64,000 nucleotides of DNA from sequence record MK250021.1, one strand, 5' to 3'. Below are positions 1 to 9,463 of the stretch, in pieces. The notes under the pieces were generated by a model. The model was not told where the DNA came from. It was given only the letters and a program-made list of their open reading frames with translations, and searched no databases. Each line of letters opens with the position of its first letter. Positions within the stretch are counted from its first letter, which is position 1. Both the position numbers and the translations under genes were made by a program.

Positions 1-132
1 ATTATTAAGGGAATTAACCGTTGTAACGGTGATTGTCCATGTAATAATGATTCTGATGAAAAACATTGTCCATGTTCAAATTATAGAACAAAGGATAAGT
101 GTTGTTGCAAGTTATATGTTAAGAAAGATTAA
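1..132 (+). CDS. 3' end of small Cys-rich protein, ferredoxin-thioredoxin reductase catalytic-subunit-like (5' end outside window)
   Basis: Frame 1 reads IIKGINRCNGDCPCNNDSDEKHCPCSNYRTKDKCCCKLYVKKD*; the CPC..CPC..CxCxLY spacing resembles FTR-c. Confidence 0.45.
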   Translation: MIKGINRCNGDCPCNNDSDEKHCPCSNYRTKDKCCCKLYVKKD

Positions 133-151
133 TTTTAATTAAATAAGAAAT

Positions 152-874
152 ATGGCAAAACATACAATAGATATAATTAATTCAGATAATTCAACATTGA
201 AGATGTTTTCTATAGAAGATGATATATCAGAACAAGTTACATTTTCAACTGATGGATTATATCCATGTATTGAATTATCAAAAGATATATTGAATAAGTA
301 TAAGGAACAAAATAAACTTTATTATATTCATACATACGGTGATATTTATAATCTTATTGATGATGTAAATATGACAGTTATTGTATATAATAAAGAAGAT
401 GAACAATATCATGTGGGTATTGTTAACATGATTAACAAAAAGCATATAGAATCAAGCGACTATATTAAATTTATTGATTTAACAAAACGAATTAAAAGTG
501 ATGTTGAATACTGGATTCCAAAATATTGTTGCTATAATTATGAGAAGTTCCATACATATCAGACAAGTTTGTTATATTTGTTTGATACAATGAAAGAATC
601 TCAAGTTGATATGTTAAATGATATTATTCAGAGATATAAGTTTAAGATGTCTAAAGAAAAAGCAATAGTTATAACTTTAAATAATAAAGAGTTATACCAA
701 CAGAAATTTGATAAGATATTTAATGAACGAGTAACTGAATTGAAAGAAGAAATTACGGATCAACTTCAAGATGAATTATCTAAAGCAGAATCTAATATCA
801 AAAGTTTGACCAATAAGATTACTTATGTTCAAGAAGATTTAAATAAAGTTGAAAATGGAACTGATAACGTATGA
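152..874 (+). CDS. hypothetical protein with C-terminal coiled coil
   Basis: 240-aa ORF, no internal TAG, TGA stop. Confidence 0.75.
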   Translation: MAKHTIDIINSDNSTLKMFSIEDDISEQVTFSTDGLYPCIELSKDILNKYKEQNKLYYIHTYGDIYNLIDDVNMTVIVYNKEDEQYHVGIVNMINKKHIESSDYIKFIDLTKRIKSDVEYWIPKYCCYNYEKFHTYQTSLLYLFDTMKESQVDMLNDIIQRYKFKMSKEKAIVITLNNKELYQQKFDKIFNERVTELKEEITDQLQDELSKAESNIKSLTNKITYVQEDLNKVENGTDNV

Positions 875-1385
875 TGATTTCAAAAATAATGAATTCAATA
901 CCGTATATGGCGTAATATATACATCAGAATTAAAAGATGGTATATTACCAGTAGCTGATGATATAGCTGTAGGTAATATGAAAATATCTGATTTATTGAA
1001 ACCAGTAAAACCGGCAGAATTCACTATTATAAAGAAAAGTGAAATACTTTTATCTAATAATTTACTTATAAAATATATAATAGATCCTCCATATCATGAT
1101 TGGATGAATAAAGATATTCCATATGAATTTTATCGTGAATGTAGACATTCACCAGATGTTTTTGGAATTATATATAATGTTACGACAAAGGAATTAAAGT
1201 CTCCTACTGAATTTGGTAGAAATAGAGATATTCATTTATTTACTACAAAGGAAGAATGTAATAATTTTATTGATTCATGTAATAAAATTATATTGGATAG
1301 AATAATAAAATATTATAATGAAAAGATTTCACAGTATACTTCTACTGTAAATGAAATTAAAGCAAAATTTGATAGTATTTTATAA
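855..1385 (+). CDS. hypothetical protein
   Basis: ORF with ATG at 855 overlapping the previous gene; TAA stop. Confidence 0.7.
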   Translation: MELITYDDFKNNEFNTVYGVIYTSELKDGILPVADDIAVGNMKISDLLKPVKPAEFTIIKKSEILLSNNLLIKYIIDPPYHDWMNKDIPYEFYRECRHSPDVFGIIYNVTTKELKSPTEFGRNRDIHLFTTKEECNNFIDSCNKIILDRIIKYYNEKISQYTSTVNEIKAKFDSIL

Positions 1386-1520
1386 GAATTTTATTGGGTT
1401 TTACTTAATTTTTCTCAATATTTTTGAAGTTTTATTAAAGTTATAAGAATTTTAATAAAACTTCATTTTTATTTTATATGTGTTTATACTAGATAAATAA
1501 TAAAAATGATTTTTTAATAA

Positions 1521-1796
1521 ATGGAACCAAAGAAACATACTTCACGTGATGGTGGTTTAGACGTAGTAGATGTTAACGATACACCAGAGGACGTATATAT
1601 GGATTCATTCTTAGAAGATGGCGATGACGGTTTTGTAGAGAATTTGGAACCAGATAAGATGCCAGCAGAAGACTTAAGAATTGAAGCATTGAAGAGAGCT
1701 ATAGATATTGCAAAACTTATGAGTAATGTTACTACACAGGATGTTATTAACATTGCGGCTAAAATTGCTGATTATATCAGTAACACACAAATTTAA
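1521..1796 (+). CDS. small acidic protein (paralog of 1821-2216)
   Basis: Shares the EL(R/K)IE(A/S)LK.A..I.KLMSNVTT.D core with the next gene. Confidence 0.8.
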   Translation: MEPKKHTSRDGGLDVVDVNDTPEDVYMDSFLEDGDDGFVENLEPDKMPAEDLRIEALKRAIDIAKLMSNVTTQDVINIAAKIADYISNTQI

Positions 1797-1820
1797 AATA
1801 TACATATTTAATATATAACA

Positions 1821-2216
1821 ATGAATACAACAACATTAAAAGAAAGATTAGGTCTTGATGAAGACGCTGTTTTCGAAGATGGAGCGGCAACTGCAACAGA
1901 TGATGGTATGACTGATGAGGAACTTAAGATCGAATCTTTGAAGATCGCTACAAATATCGGTAAACTTATGAGTAATGTAACAACAGAAGATATTGTTAGT
2001 ATCGCCGAGACAGTTGCCAAGTTTATCAAAGGTGGCGAAGGCGCATCTCTTGAAACATCAAATGATAATTCTTCTGATGAAAGTTCAGATGATACTGAGG
2101 AAGAAGCAGAAGATTTCGATACAAATGATGAAGATACATCTGATAACGGTGGAGAAGAAACAGATGAGACTATTTCTCCGGTTGCTGGTGAAGATGAAGA
2201 AGATTTTGAAGTTTAA
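1821..2216 (+). CDS. small acidic protein with D/E-rich tail (paralog of 1521-1796)
   Basis: EELKIESLKIATNIGKLMSNVTTEDIV core. Confidence 0.8.
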   Translation: MNTTTLKERLGLDEDAVFEDGAATATDDGMTDEELKIESLKIATNIGKLMSNVTTEDIVSIAETVAKFIKGGEGASLETSNDNSSDESSDDTEEEAEDFDTNDEDTSDNGGEETDETISPVAGEDEEDFEV

Positions 2217-2338
2217 TCATAAAGGAATAACATTATTTAACGATTTTGTTATTCCTTATTTTTATAATTTAAGTAAACTATTTCATGTATTCTGTATATA
2301 ATCTTTAAATTGTTTAATAAAAATAAAGAAATAAGTTT

Positions 2339-2863
2339 ATGACAGAAGTAAATGTGAATGGATCTATTGATCTTAATTTGAACCGTGGTAAGAGAGTGAA
2401 TAATGATAAACGTCCACGTATTAAGCGAGAGGAACGTAAGCCACGTGTTAAGACAGATGAAGAGTATATTGCGCAGCTTGAAGCAGCGATGCAGAAAGCG
2501 GGCGGACGTTATGTAAAGTTTGATGATATTGATCATACAGAGGGATTGATGGTTGCTGGTGTGCAATGTAAAAACGGTAATTATATGTTCGCCGTTATGA
2601 ATCGTGATCGTAAGGTACAGCTTGTTGGTAATAATGAGCATTTCTCAGTTATTCGTGATGTTCCAGCAAGTCTTTATGTATTGGATTATGTATATCATCG
2701 TGACCCTGAGATTTTGCTGAATATTGCTGATACATCATTCTATCAGGATGAGATTAAGTTGATCACTAAGATGTATATTAAGGTTGCAAAGAAAGTTAAT
2801 AAGGATAATAAGAAAAACACAAAGAAATCAAAGAAGAACACTAAGAAAAACACAAAGAAGTGA
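2339..2863 (+). CDS. hypothetical protein with Lys-rich KKNT C-terminal repeats (possible nucleic-acid binding)
   Basis: 174-aa ORF, upstream promoter motif at 2274, downstream hairpin terminator. Confidence 0.75.
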   Translation: MTEVNVNGSIDLNLNRGKRVNNDKRPRIKREERKPRVKTDEEYIAQLEAAMQKAGGRYVKFDDIDHTEGLMVAGVQCKNGNYMFAVMNRDRKVQLVGNNEHFSVIRDVPASLYVLDYVYHRDPEILLNIADTSFYQDEIKLITKMYIKVAKKVNKDNKKNTKKSKKNTKKNTKK

Positions 2864-2896
2864 TTAATAGATTTAATTTAGTTTACTTCTAAATAT

Positions 2897-2934
2897 AAAG
2901 AGATATATTCTAATATAGAGTATATCTCTTTTTT
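2897..2934 (+). terminator. intrinsic terminator
   Basis: AAAGAGATATA/TATATCTCTTT stem followed by a T-run. Confidence 0.75.
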
Positions 2935-2991
2935 CATAAACTTAATTTTAATTTTAACATATAATATTTAAAGTTATAATATTTTTAATAA

Positions 2992-3390
2992 ATGGAAAAA
3001 TTAAATTCATTCAAGGAACTGTTTACATGGAATAAAGATGAACAACAAGATTTAGAATTTGAAAATCTGAATCTTATAACTGCTGTTTATTCTGCACAAC
3101 GAATTGATTTGATACGGAGTGAATTTAAACGAACATATAAAGAATTAACAGATTTATTAGATATAAGGAAATCAAATGAATCGCTGAAAACAAGGATTAA
3201 TAATTTTAATTCAGAAGATTGGATACATAAAGTATATTCATTGATGAATGCGTCCGTAAAGAAATATGATGATTTAATGTATGCGATAAATTTTCATAAT
3301 ATATTATTTCCTGATGAACCTGCATTAGGATTAGATGAAGATGAAATAAAAGTTATAAATCAAATAAAAGGAATAGAGTTTATTACATAA
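2992..3390 (+). CDS. hypothetical protein
   Basis: 132-aa ORF. Confidence 0.7.
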   Translation: MEKLNSFKELFTWNKDEQQDLEFENLNLITAVYSAQRIDLIRSEFKRTYKELTDLLDIRKSNESLKTRINNFNSEDWIHKVYSLMNASVKKYDDLMYAINFHNILFPDEPALGLDEDEIKVINQIKGIEFIT

Positions 3391-3398
3391 TAAAAATG

Positions 3399-3430
3399 GG
3401 GATATAACAAATTGTATGTTATATCCCTTT
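3399..3430. terminator. bidirectional hairpin terminator between convergent genes
   Basis: GGGATATAAC/GTTATATCCC stem flanked by A- and T-runs. Confidence 0.7.
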
Positions 3431-3450
3431 ACTTGTTAATAGTTATTTAA

Positions 3451-3786
3451 TCAAAAGATACAATGTAGTATTCCACCTATGCAGATTACCAATGTATATT
3501 TTAACATATCTTTGTGATTGCATACGTCACACTTTTCTGTTTGCATATGATGTACATAACAAGAGTGTACGATCATCGCTAAGATTGAAAATGTAAATCC
3601 AGTTAACAAAGAAATTAATAGCCATGCTATGAACATGATAGCATTCCCGTTATTTGTTTTTACATCATTCCAAACTTCCTTAAGTATTTCCAATATGTAC
3701 AAGCCAAAAGTTATGAAGAACTATTTAACTGAATCAAATGTTAATCCCTTAAGGAAATTAACTAAATTTAAAAAAGAATTTAACAT
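3451..3786 (-). CDS. small membrane protein (111 aa) with one in-frame TAG (codon 22); holin candidate
   Basis: ATG at 3786 gives MLNSFLNLVNFLKGLTFDSVK(Q)FFITFGLYILEIL..., in frame with track ORF 3451-3702; several hydrophobic segments. Confidence 0.6.
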
Positions 3787-3904
3787 ATCAAATTATAAAT
3801 AACTATTTTTAGTATGTTATTAGTAAAACATACCTATATATTTATTAAACTATTTTATTTTATAATCATATAAACAATATGAAGTTAGATTAATTTTAAA
3901 TAAA

Positions 3905-4441
3905 ATGAAAGAGCAAAGATATACAATAAAGGATGCAGAGGAAATGTCTTATAATGAAGATATTATCTGTTTTTGGAAACCATACGGAATAAATGAAATA
4001 GGTCCACATGTATTGTGTCAGTGGTATAAGTCAATATTTAGTGATGATAAGAATACTTATTCTTGCACTGAACAATATATGATGTATCAGAAAGCTATTT
4101 TGTTTGGCGATGATGAAATTGCAATGAAAATTCTTCAAGAAAAACGTCCAGATCAAATGAAGAAATACGGAAGACTTATTAAGAATTTCGATGAAAAAGT
4201 TTGGAATGAAAATAAGTTTATGATTGTATATAATGGTAATTATCTTAAGTTCACGCAAAATAAGAAACTTAAGGATTATCTTAAATCTACAGGAAATTCT
4301 ATATTGGTAGAAGCATCTCCATATGATGCTGTATGGGGAGTAAAAATGTCAATGGATAATGACGATATTTTATATCCAGAAAAGTGGAATGGACAGAATT
4401 TATTAGGATTTGCACTGATGCAAGTAAGAGATGATATTTAA
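3905..4441 (+). CDS. NADAR family protein (YbiA-like)
   Basis: FW...LCQWY...EQYMMYQKAILFGD...K..GR...F.E..W...LVEASPYDAVWG...W.GQNLLGFALMQVR. Confidence 0.93.
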   Translation: MKEQRYTIKDAEEMSYNEDIICFWKPYGINEIGPHVLCQWYKSIFSDDKNTYSCTEQYMMYQKAILFGDDEIAMKILQEKRPDQMKKYGRLIKNFDEKVWNENKFMIVYNGNYLKFTQNKKLKDYLKSTGNSILVEASPYDAVWGVKMSMDNDDILYPEKWNGQNLLGFALMQVRDDI

Positions 4442-4460
4442 TATTTAATTTTATATAACT

Positions 4461-4976
4461 ATGAATATACAAGAGATTTTAGGAGAGATTAAGAAATTAT
4501 CTGATGATGATATTGTAAAGTTTAATAAGGAGTTTTCCACTTTTTATAAGCCATTTAAGAAGAAGGAAGATGAGATTAAAAAAGAGCAGAAAAAGAAAGA
4601 AGATGAATTGAAGCTTGTTCGTGTAAAAGAAATAGGTGATAAAATTTGTGAACTATATGAAATAAATGGATTTCCAGTTTCAAGTGTACATAAGTGTAAT
4701 GATGCACCTTACTCTACATATGAAGATTATGGTGGATATGTATTGGATGACTGTGATATAGAACCATATATTAAAAAAGTAGATGAGGAGACTGATAAAG
4801 AATTAGATAAATTATTTAACGATTTTTATAATAATATGTCTGATAAAGAATATCTTAATGAGAAAAAAGAAGCTGATGATTTATATCCAGGTGATACAAT
4901 ATTTAACTTCTATATGAAAGGTGGAACATTTAAAAAAGTAATGGACAATGAAGTGGAATCTGTTATTACAGTTTAA
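4461..4976 (+). CDS. hypothetical protein
   Basis: 171-aa ORF in a tightly packed + strand run. Confidence 0.7.
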   Translation: MNIQEILGEIKKLSDDDIVKFNKEFSTFYKPFKKKEDEIKKEQKKKEDELKLVRVKEIGDKICELYEINGFPVSSVHKCNDAPYSTYEDYGGYVLDDCDIEPYIKKVDEETDKELDKLFNDFYNNMSDKEYLNEKKEADDLYPGDTIFNFYMKGGTFKKVMDNEVESVITV

Positions 4977-5253
4977 GAATTATATAAAATATAAAACACC
5001 TTGGAAATATTGTCAATATAATAAACAACTATATAAAAATGATAAATTCCGAATAGAATATTTTTGGAGAAGAGAAAATCATTTTGCGATAGGTTTTTAT
5101 TATGATGGAAATTTTCATACAGAAGTATGGTCTAATAATGAAAGTTGGTTTGTAAATAAAATATATATTAATTTTATATATGCATCATTTTTAATTGTTA
5201 CAAAGAAAAAGTTATATTGTAAATATCCAGATGATTATTTTGATTTGAATTAA
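4948..5253 (+). CDS. hypothetical protein
   Basis: 101-aa ORF. Confidence 0.6.
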   Translation: MKWNLLLQFKNYIKYKTPWKYCQYNKQLYKNDKFRIEYFWRRENHFAIGFYYDGNFHTEVWSNNESWFVNKIYINFIYASFLIVTKKKLYCKYPDDYFDLN

Positions 5254-5255
5254 TT

Positions 5256-5456
5256 ATGAAATTATATCAGATTTATACTAAAGGTAATTATTGTAGTGGT
5301 GGATTTAATGAATCTTTTGATGAACCTATGGATGGTCCAGCATATAAAACAATTTTCACTACATATGAAAAAGCAAAAGAACATTTACCAGAAAAACATG
5401 GTGATAGATTTACAGGTTTTTCTGAGTATTATATAAAAGAAGTTGAAATAGAATGA
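5256..5456 (+). CDS. hypothetical protein
   Basis: 66-aa ORF, stop overlaps next start. Confidence 0.65.
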   Translation: MKLYQIYTKGNYCSGGFNESFDEPMDGPAYKTIFTTYEKAKEHLPEKHGDRFTGFSEYYIKEVEIE

Positions 5457-5821
5457 TTGATAATACGAAAGAATATATTGTATGTGCTGCTTATCTACAA
5501 ACTAGAAATACTAGTAATAGACAAAATATGATAGATAAACAAGGTAAAGATCCAAAATCAATATATTATGAACCACATAATCAAGTATTTGATATGAGAT
5601 TGGGGTTTAGACATCCTGATATTATATATCAATATGGTGATGAAATAAACAATAAAGAATCTGATGGTGGATTTATGACATCAAAAGGAAGATATGTAGG
5701 AAGAGTAGAAGCAATGAAAATAGCTTATGAATGTGGTCAAGTATCCAAGGAAAAAGCTATCAGGAATGATAAGTATATAAAGAATGGATATTGGCCATTA
5801 TATTCAGAAGATATTTATTAA
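5453..5821 (+). CDS. conserved phage hypothetical protein
   Basis: G.RH.DI...GGF.TSKGRYV.R.EAM.IA...GQ...LYSEDIY pattern, which I recognise from small phage proteins. Confidence 0.7.
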   Translation: MIDNTKEYIVCAAYLQTRNTSNRQNMIDKQGKDPKSIYYEPHNQVFDMRLGFRHPDIIYQYGDEINNKESDGGFMTSKGRYVGRVEAMKIAYECGQVSKEKAIRNDKYIKNGYWPLYSEDIY

Positions 5822-5833
5822 TTTTAATACAAT

Positions 5834-6088
5834 ATGAAAAAGAATAAAATTACTATTGAACTATCAAATTCTGAAATTAATAGATTAACTAATCTGTTAT
5901 TTAAAGGTACTGCATATGATGAAACTTATTATGATAAACGAACATGCACATTGGATGAAAAATTCAGAGAGAATTTTTGTCAGATGCTTGTAGATGGTTC
6001 AGAAAAATATAAAGATAAAAATATTAAAGTAACAACCTTTAATGGTATATTAAAAGATGTAGATAAAGATTATTACTTGTTTAATTAA
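5834..6088 (+). CDS. hypothetical protein
   Basis: 84-aa ORF. Confidence 0.65.
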   Translation: MKKNKITIELSNSEINRLTNLLFKGTAYDETYYDKRTCTLDEKFRENFCQMLVDGSEKYKDKNIKVTTFNGILKDVDKDYYLFN

Positions 6089-6091
6089 ATT

Positions 6092-6400
6092 ATGAGTATG
6101 ACATTAGATGAAGCTATTAAGCATGCAGATGAAGTATCAGAAACATGTGATAATAGAGATTGTGGATTAGAACATAAGCAACTTGCTAGTTGGTTGAGAG
6201 AACTTAAGGAATTAAGGAATAAACATATTCAAGATGAGTTAGAGAAAGATGCTACATTTTATGCAGATAAAACTATTTACGAAGGGAGTATATATGGATT
6301 TCCATCAGGTGATGTTAGAGAGAAATATAATGCCGTAAAATGTGCATATAAAGAAGGATTCTGCGCATGTTTAAATAAAAATATTAATACAAATGAGTGA
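6092..6400 (+). CDS. hypothetical protein
   Basis: MTLDEAIKHA...C..EHKQLASWLRELKELR, a common phage small-protein pattern. Confidence 0.7.
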   Translation: MSMTLDEAIKHADEVSETCDNRDCGLEHKQLASWLRELKELRNKHIQDELEKDATFYADKTIYEGSIYGFPSGDVREKYNAVKCAYKEGFCACLNKNINTNE

Positions 6401-6704
6401 GATAAGAAAAGGATGCTATATGCATACATCATATAATGGTCCATGTGATGATGAGGAAACATGGATTTTCCCTGATGGATTTGAAGGTGTAGATGATGAT
6501 ACTTATTATGAAATTGAATATGATTATCATTCAGCAGCAGATCCTATGGATCAATCATGTACATATCATGTAACATCTATTAAACCTGTTTCTATATTGA
6601 TGAAGAATGCTTATGAAATTATTCAGAAATATAAATATATGCAAAATCATATAGATGAGTTTGAAAAGTGGTTAAGTGACAATTATGAAATTAAACGAAT
6701 ATGA
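6393..6704 (+). CDS. hypothetical protein
   Basis: 103-aa ORF. Confidence 0.65.
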   Translation: MSEIRKGCYMHTSYNGPCDDEETWIFPDGFEGVDDDTYYEIEYDYHSAADPMDQSCTYHVTSIKPVSILMKNAYEIIQKYKYMQNHIDEFEKWLSDNYEIKRI

Positions 6705-7035
6705 ATTATGTAAAGCTTTCATTATGCCATGTTATTGGTATATCGAAGGTGAAGAACATGAAAAATTTTATGTTGATGAACAAACATGTGATTGGTATAA
6801 TTTCATAGAAAATGATGAGTTTAATAATAACGAAAAAGAAATACGTAAATGGTGGAAAATAATGTTATATAAACCATCAAATATAGAAACAAAGGATCTT
6901 ACAGAAGAACAATGTAAATGGTTGGTTAATGAGTGTTATCATGATATGATTAATATATATGATGATAAAGAAGATGATACAGATTATGAAAAATATGAAT
7001 GGGATTTTAAAAAACATTGTATAAAAAAAGATTAA
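6685..7035 (+). CDS. hypothetical protein
   Basis: ATG at 6685, TAA stop. Confidence 0.65.
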   Translation: MKLNEYELCKAFIMPCYWYIEGEEHEKFYVDEQTCDWYNFIENDEFNNNEKEIRKWWKIMLYKPSNIETKDLTEEQCKWLVNECYHDMINIYDDKEDDTDYEKYEWDFKKHCIKKD

Positions 7036-7065
7036 AGATATTTTTCATATTTAAATTTTAATATG

Positions 7066-7073
7066 TAACTTTG
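7066..7073 (+). promoter_or_regulatory. Bacteroidota-type -7 promoter element TAnnTTTG (TAACTTTG)
   Basis: Intergenic, about 25 nt upstream of ATG 7099. Confidence 0.55.
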
Positions 7074-7098
7074 AATTATAATTTTAATTTAATATTAT

Positions 7099-7329
7099 AT
7101 GAAATATCGTATTACAAAATCAGAAAAAGGTTATCGTGCTGAAATTGGTAAACATAATGCACGAAATGGTGTATTAGAATATATATCCATTGAGAACGAT
7201 AATAATTATTTGTGTAGTTGTGAAACTTATTATGAAACCGAGATTGATGCAATTGAAGCATGTAAGAAACATCATCATGAAAAGGGATATGATAAATTAC
7301 CTAAAGTAGTAGATGAGTTTGAACTTTAA
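7099..7329 (+). CDS. hypothetical protein
   Basis: 76-aa ORF. Confidence 0.65.
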   Translation: MKYRITKSEKGYRAEIGKHNARNGVLEYISIENDNNYLCSCETYYETEIDAIEACKKHHHEKGYDKLPKVVDEFEL

Positions 7330-7340
7330 ATTTATATATT

Positions 7341-7730
7341 ATGTGGTTAGCAAGGGATAAAGGCTTCGAATCATGCGGTAATGGATTTATTCTTGGTGAT
7401 GTTCATCTTTTTTCAAAGAAACCAAAACGTAAAATTAATAAAGATCGTAAGTGGGAGAAAGAACCATCTATATGGGATGGACATTGTGCAAAGATGAAGC
7501 TTAAATCGGATGAATATCCTGATTTAAAATGGGAAGATGAACCATTAGAAGTTGATTTAGATATTAATCATAATAGATGGGATTTAGATATTTGTAAATA
7601 TTTAACTGCTATTGAGAATATTGCAGGATGTTATGAAAATAAATTTACTAATGATAATCAAGGTTCAAAAATCTGTAATGAAATTTATAATAAAGTAAAA
7701 GAGTTAAAACAATTATTAGTTTTAAAATAA
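7341..7730 (+). CDS. hypothetical protein
   Basis: MWLARDK...L...KP...W...L.WEDEP.EV pattern seen in Bacteroidota phage small proteins. Confidence 0.7.
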   Translation: MWLARDKGFESCGNGFILGDVHLFSKKPKRKINKDRKWEKEPSIWDGHCAKMKLKSDEYPDLKWEDEPLEVDLDINHNRWDLDICKYLTAIENIAGCYENKFTNDNQGSKICNEIYNKVKELKQLLVLK

Positions 7731-7766
7731 GTTTAAGAATATCTTTCTTATTCCAATAAAAATATG

Positions 7767-7774
7767 TATCTTTG
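7767..7774 (+). promoter_or_regulatory. Bacteroidota-type -7 promoter element TATCTTTG
   Basis: Intergenic; identical octamer recurs at 11683, 35678, 43304, 45931 and 48190. Confidence 0.7.
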
Positions 7775-7807
7775 TAATAGAGTTTAATAACAATTAAAAG
7801 ATATATT

Positions 7808-8272
7808 ATGGATAAGAAAGATATTCTTTATAATTTAAAGAAGGTTAATAAGTATATTGATTATAAAATAGGCGATTGGGTAGAAACATGTAACATGCTT
7901 CCAGGTATTGTACAAGAAATTCATAATTATTATGATCCAAGAAAAAATATGCAATGCTTTGTAGAAGATGTTATTATTTATTATCCACATTATGCTATTG
8001 ATAATCCAGATTATCATGGTGGTTCATCATGTTCAATTACAGGATGTGGTGTTCATCAGATTTCGCAGGAATATGTAAAGATATTATTTTCATTAGGTTA
8101 TGATAAACTTGTTAATCTGTGGAATGATTATAAATTAAAGGATGATGAAATATCATGGGATGATTTAGTCAAGAAAGAATATGATAAACTTTCTGACGAA
8201 GAGAAATTAAATGGTATTATATTATTTAATATCGGCGAAGAATATTCACGAAAAATTAAAGATATAAAATAA
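7808..8272 (+). CDS. hypothetical protein
   Basis: 154-aa ORF. Confidence 0.7.
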   Translation: MDKKDILYNLKKVNKYIDYKIGDWVETCNMLPGIVQEIHNYYDPRKNMQCFVEDVIIYYPHYAIDNPDYHGGSSCSITGCGVHQISQEYVKILFSLGYDKLVNLWNDYKLKDDEISWDDLVKKEYDKLSDEEKLNGIILFNIGEEYSRKIKDIK

Positions 8273-8689
8273 ATGAATGATAATAAGTCAAATATAACGG
8301 GATTATATTTTGAAGATAATATGGCTGTTTTTAATAAAGCTGTAGTTTATCCTAAAAATTATAATCCTAAAACAGATTCAAAATTCATGCATGATTTGGA
8401 TTATACATCTGAATGGTGTGAACATTCTGAAGAGAGATTATTTTGGAATAATGATCTCATTGAGAATCCATTTATAACAAATGAATTTTATTATGCAGAA
8501 ATTAATCATCCTACAATGGGTAAAGCTATATATAGAAAACGAAAAAATGGTAAATATATATGGCAATTTGAAAATGAAAAAGATGTAAAGGTATCTATGA
8601 GATCATCATTTGGAAGTCAATATAAAGATATGATTAATGATGGTTATATTGTAATTAAGAAGGGACATAATAAAATTACATCAAATTAA
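8273..8689 (+). CDS. hypothetical protein
   Basis: 138-aa ORF. Confidence 0.65.
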   Translation: MNDNKSNITGLYFEDNMAVFNKAVVYPKNYNPKTDSKFMHDLDYTSEWCEHSEERLFWNNDLIENPFITNEFYYAEINHPTMGKAIYRKRKNGKYIWQFENEKDVKVSMRSSFGSQYKDMINDGYIVIKKGHNKITSN

Positions 8690-8700
8690 AATTAAAGCGT

Positions 8701-9219
8701 ATGTATAAAGTAAAGCATATTCCAACAGGTTTGTATTATCAACCTGTTACATCATCAGGAACAAATCTTGGGAAGAAAGGAAAAATATATGAAACATCTT
8801 CATCTTGTTTATCAGGCAGTGAAGATTATATTATTATTGATATTAAGAAAATATCTCCTATATATAGAGATTTTGCTGGTATTCTTGATATGAAATACGG
8901 TTTAAAAAAAGCTGGTGCCAAATTTGGATATGTATATTGTAAAATTCCTAAATCAGATTTTGAAAAAGAATATTTACCTGTTGATATAAATACATTAGAA
9001 AATATTATAAGTAAACAGAGAGAAAAATATATAGATAATGATATTGTTCAAACATGTTTAAATGAAATTATTGAACAAATAACAGGTGAAAAAGTAAATG
9101 TTAAATCAAAAAATAATGTACCTAATATAGATGAACTTGTTAAATCTGTTAGAGAAATAAAAGAATCAAAAGAAAGCGCAGAAGAACTTTTTAAAAATTT
9201 ACATAGTATGTTATCATGA
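8701..9219 (+). CDS. hypothetical protein
   Basis: 172-aa ORF. Confidence 0.7.
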   Translation: MYKVKHIPTGLYYQPVTSSGTNLGKKGKIYETSSSCLSGSEDYIIIDIKKISPIYRDFAGILDMKYGLKKAGAKFGYVYCKIPKSDFEKEYLPVDINTLENIISKQREKYIDNDIVQTCLNEIIEQITGEKVNVKSKNNVPNIDELVKSVREIKESKESAEELFKNLHSMLS

Positions 9220-9419
9220 AAATATTTCAAGATGGTAATACGGATTATGATTATTATGAACATAATAATCATTTTACTGATGAGGAAGAAGATGTGATGA
9301 AAGATTATGAATGGTCTATCATGAGTCATCTATCAAAAGATGAAATAAATGAAATAAATGATTATGAATATAGTCTTTTATCTAGACAAGCAGATGATGA
9401 ATATGATAATTTTTATTAA
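9216..9419 (+). CDS. small acidic hypothetical protein
   Basis: 67-aa ORF. Confidence 0.55.
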   Translation: MKIFQDGNTDYDYYEHNNHFTDEEEDVMKDYEWSIMSHLSKDEINEINDYEYSLLSRQADDEYDNFY

Positions 9420-9424
9420 ATAAT

Positions 9425-9461
9425 AAAAGAGAGTTAAGAAACGAATCTTAACTCTCTTTTT
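9425..9461. terminator. bidirectional intrinsic terminator
   Basis: AAAAGAGAGTTAAGA/TCTTAACTCTCTTTT perfect inverted repeat between convergent genes. Confidence 0.8.
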
Positions 9462-9463
9462 CT

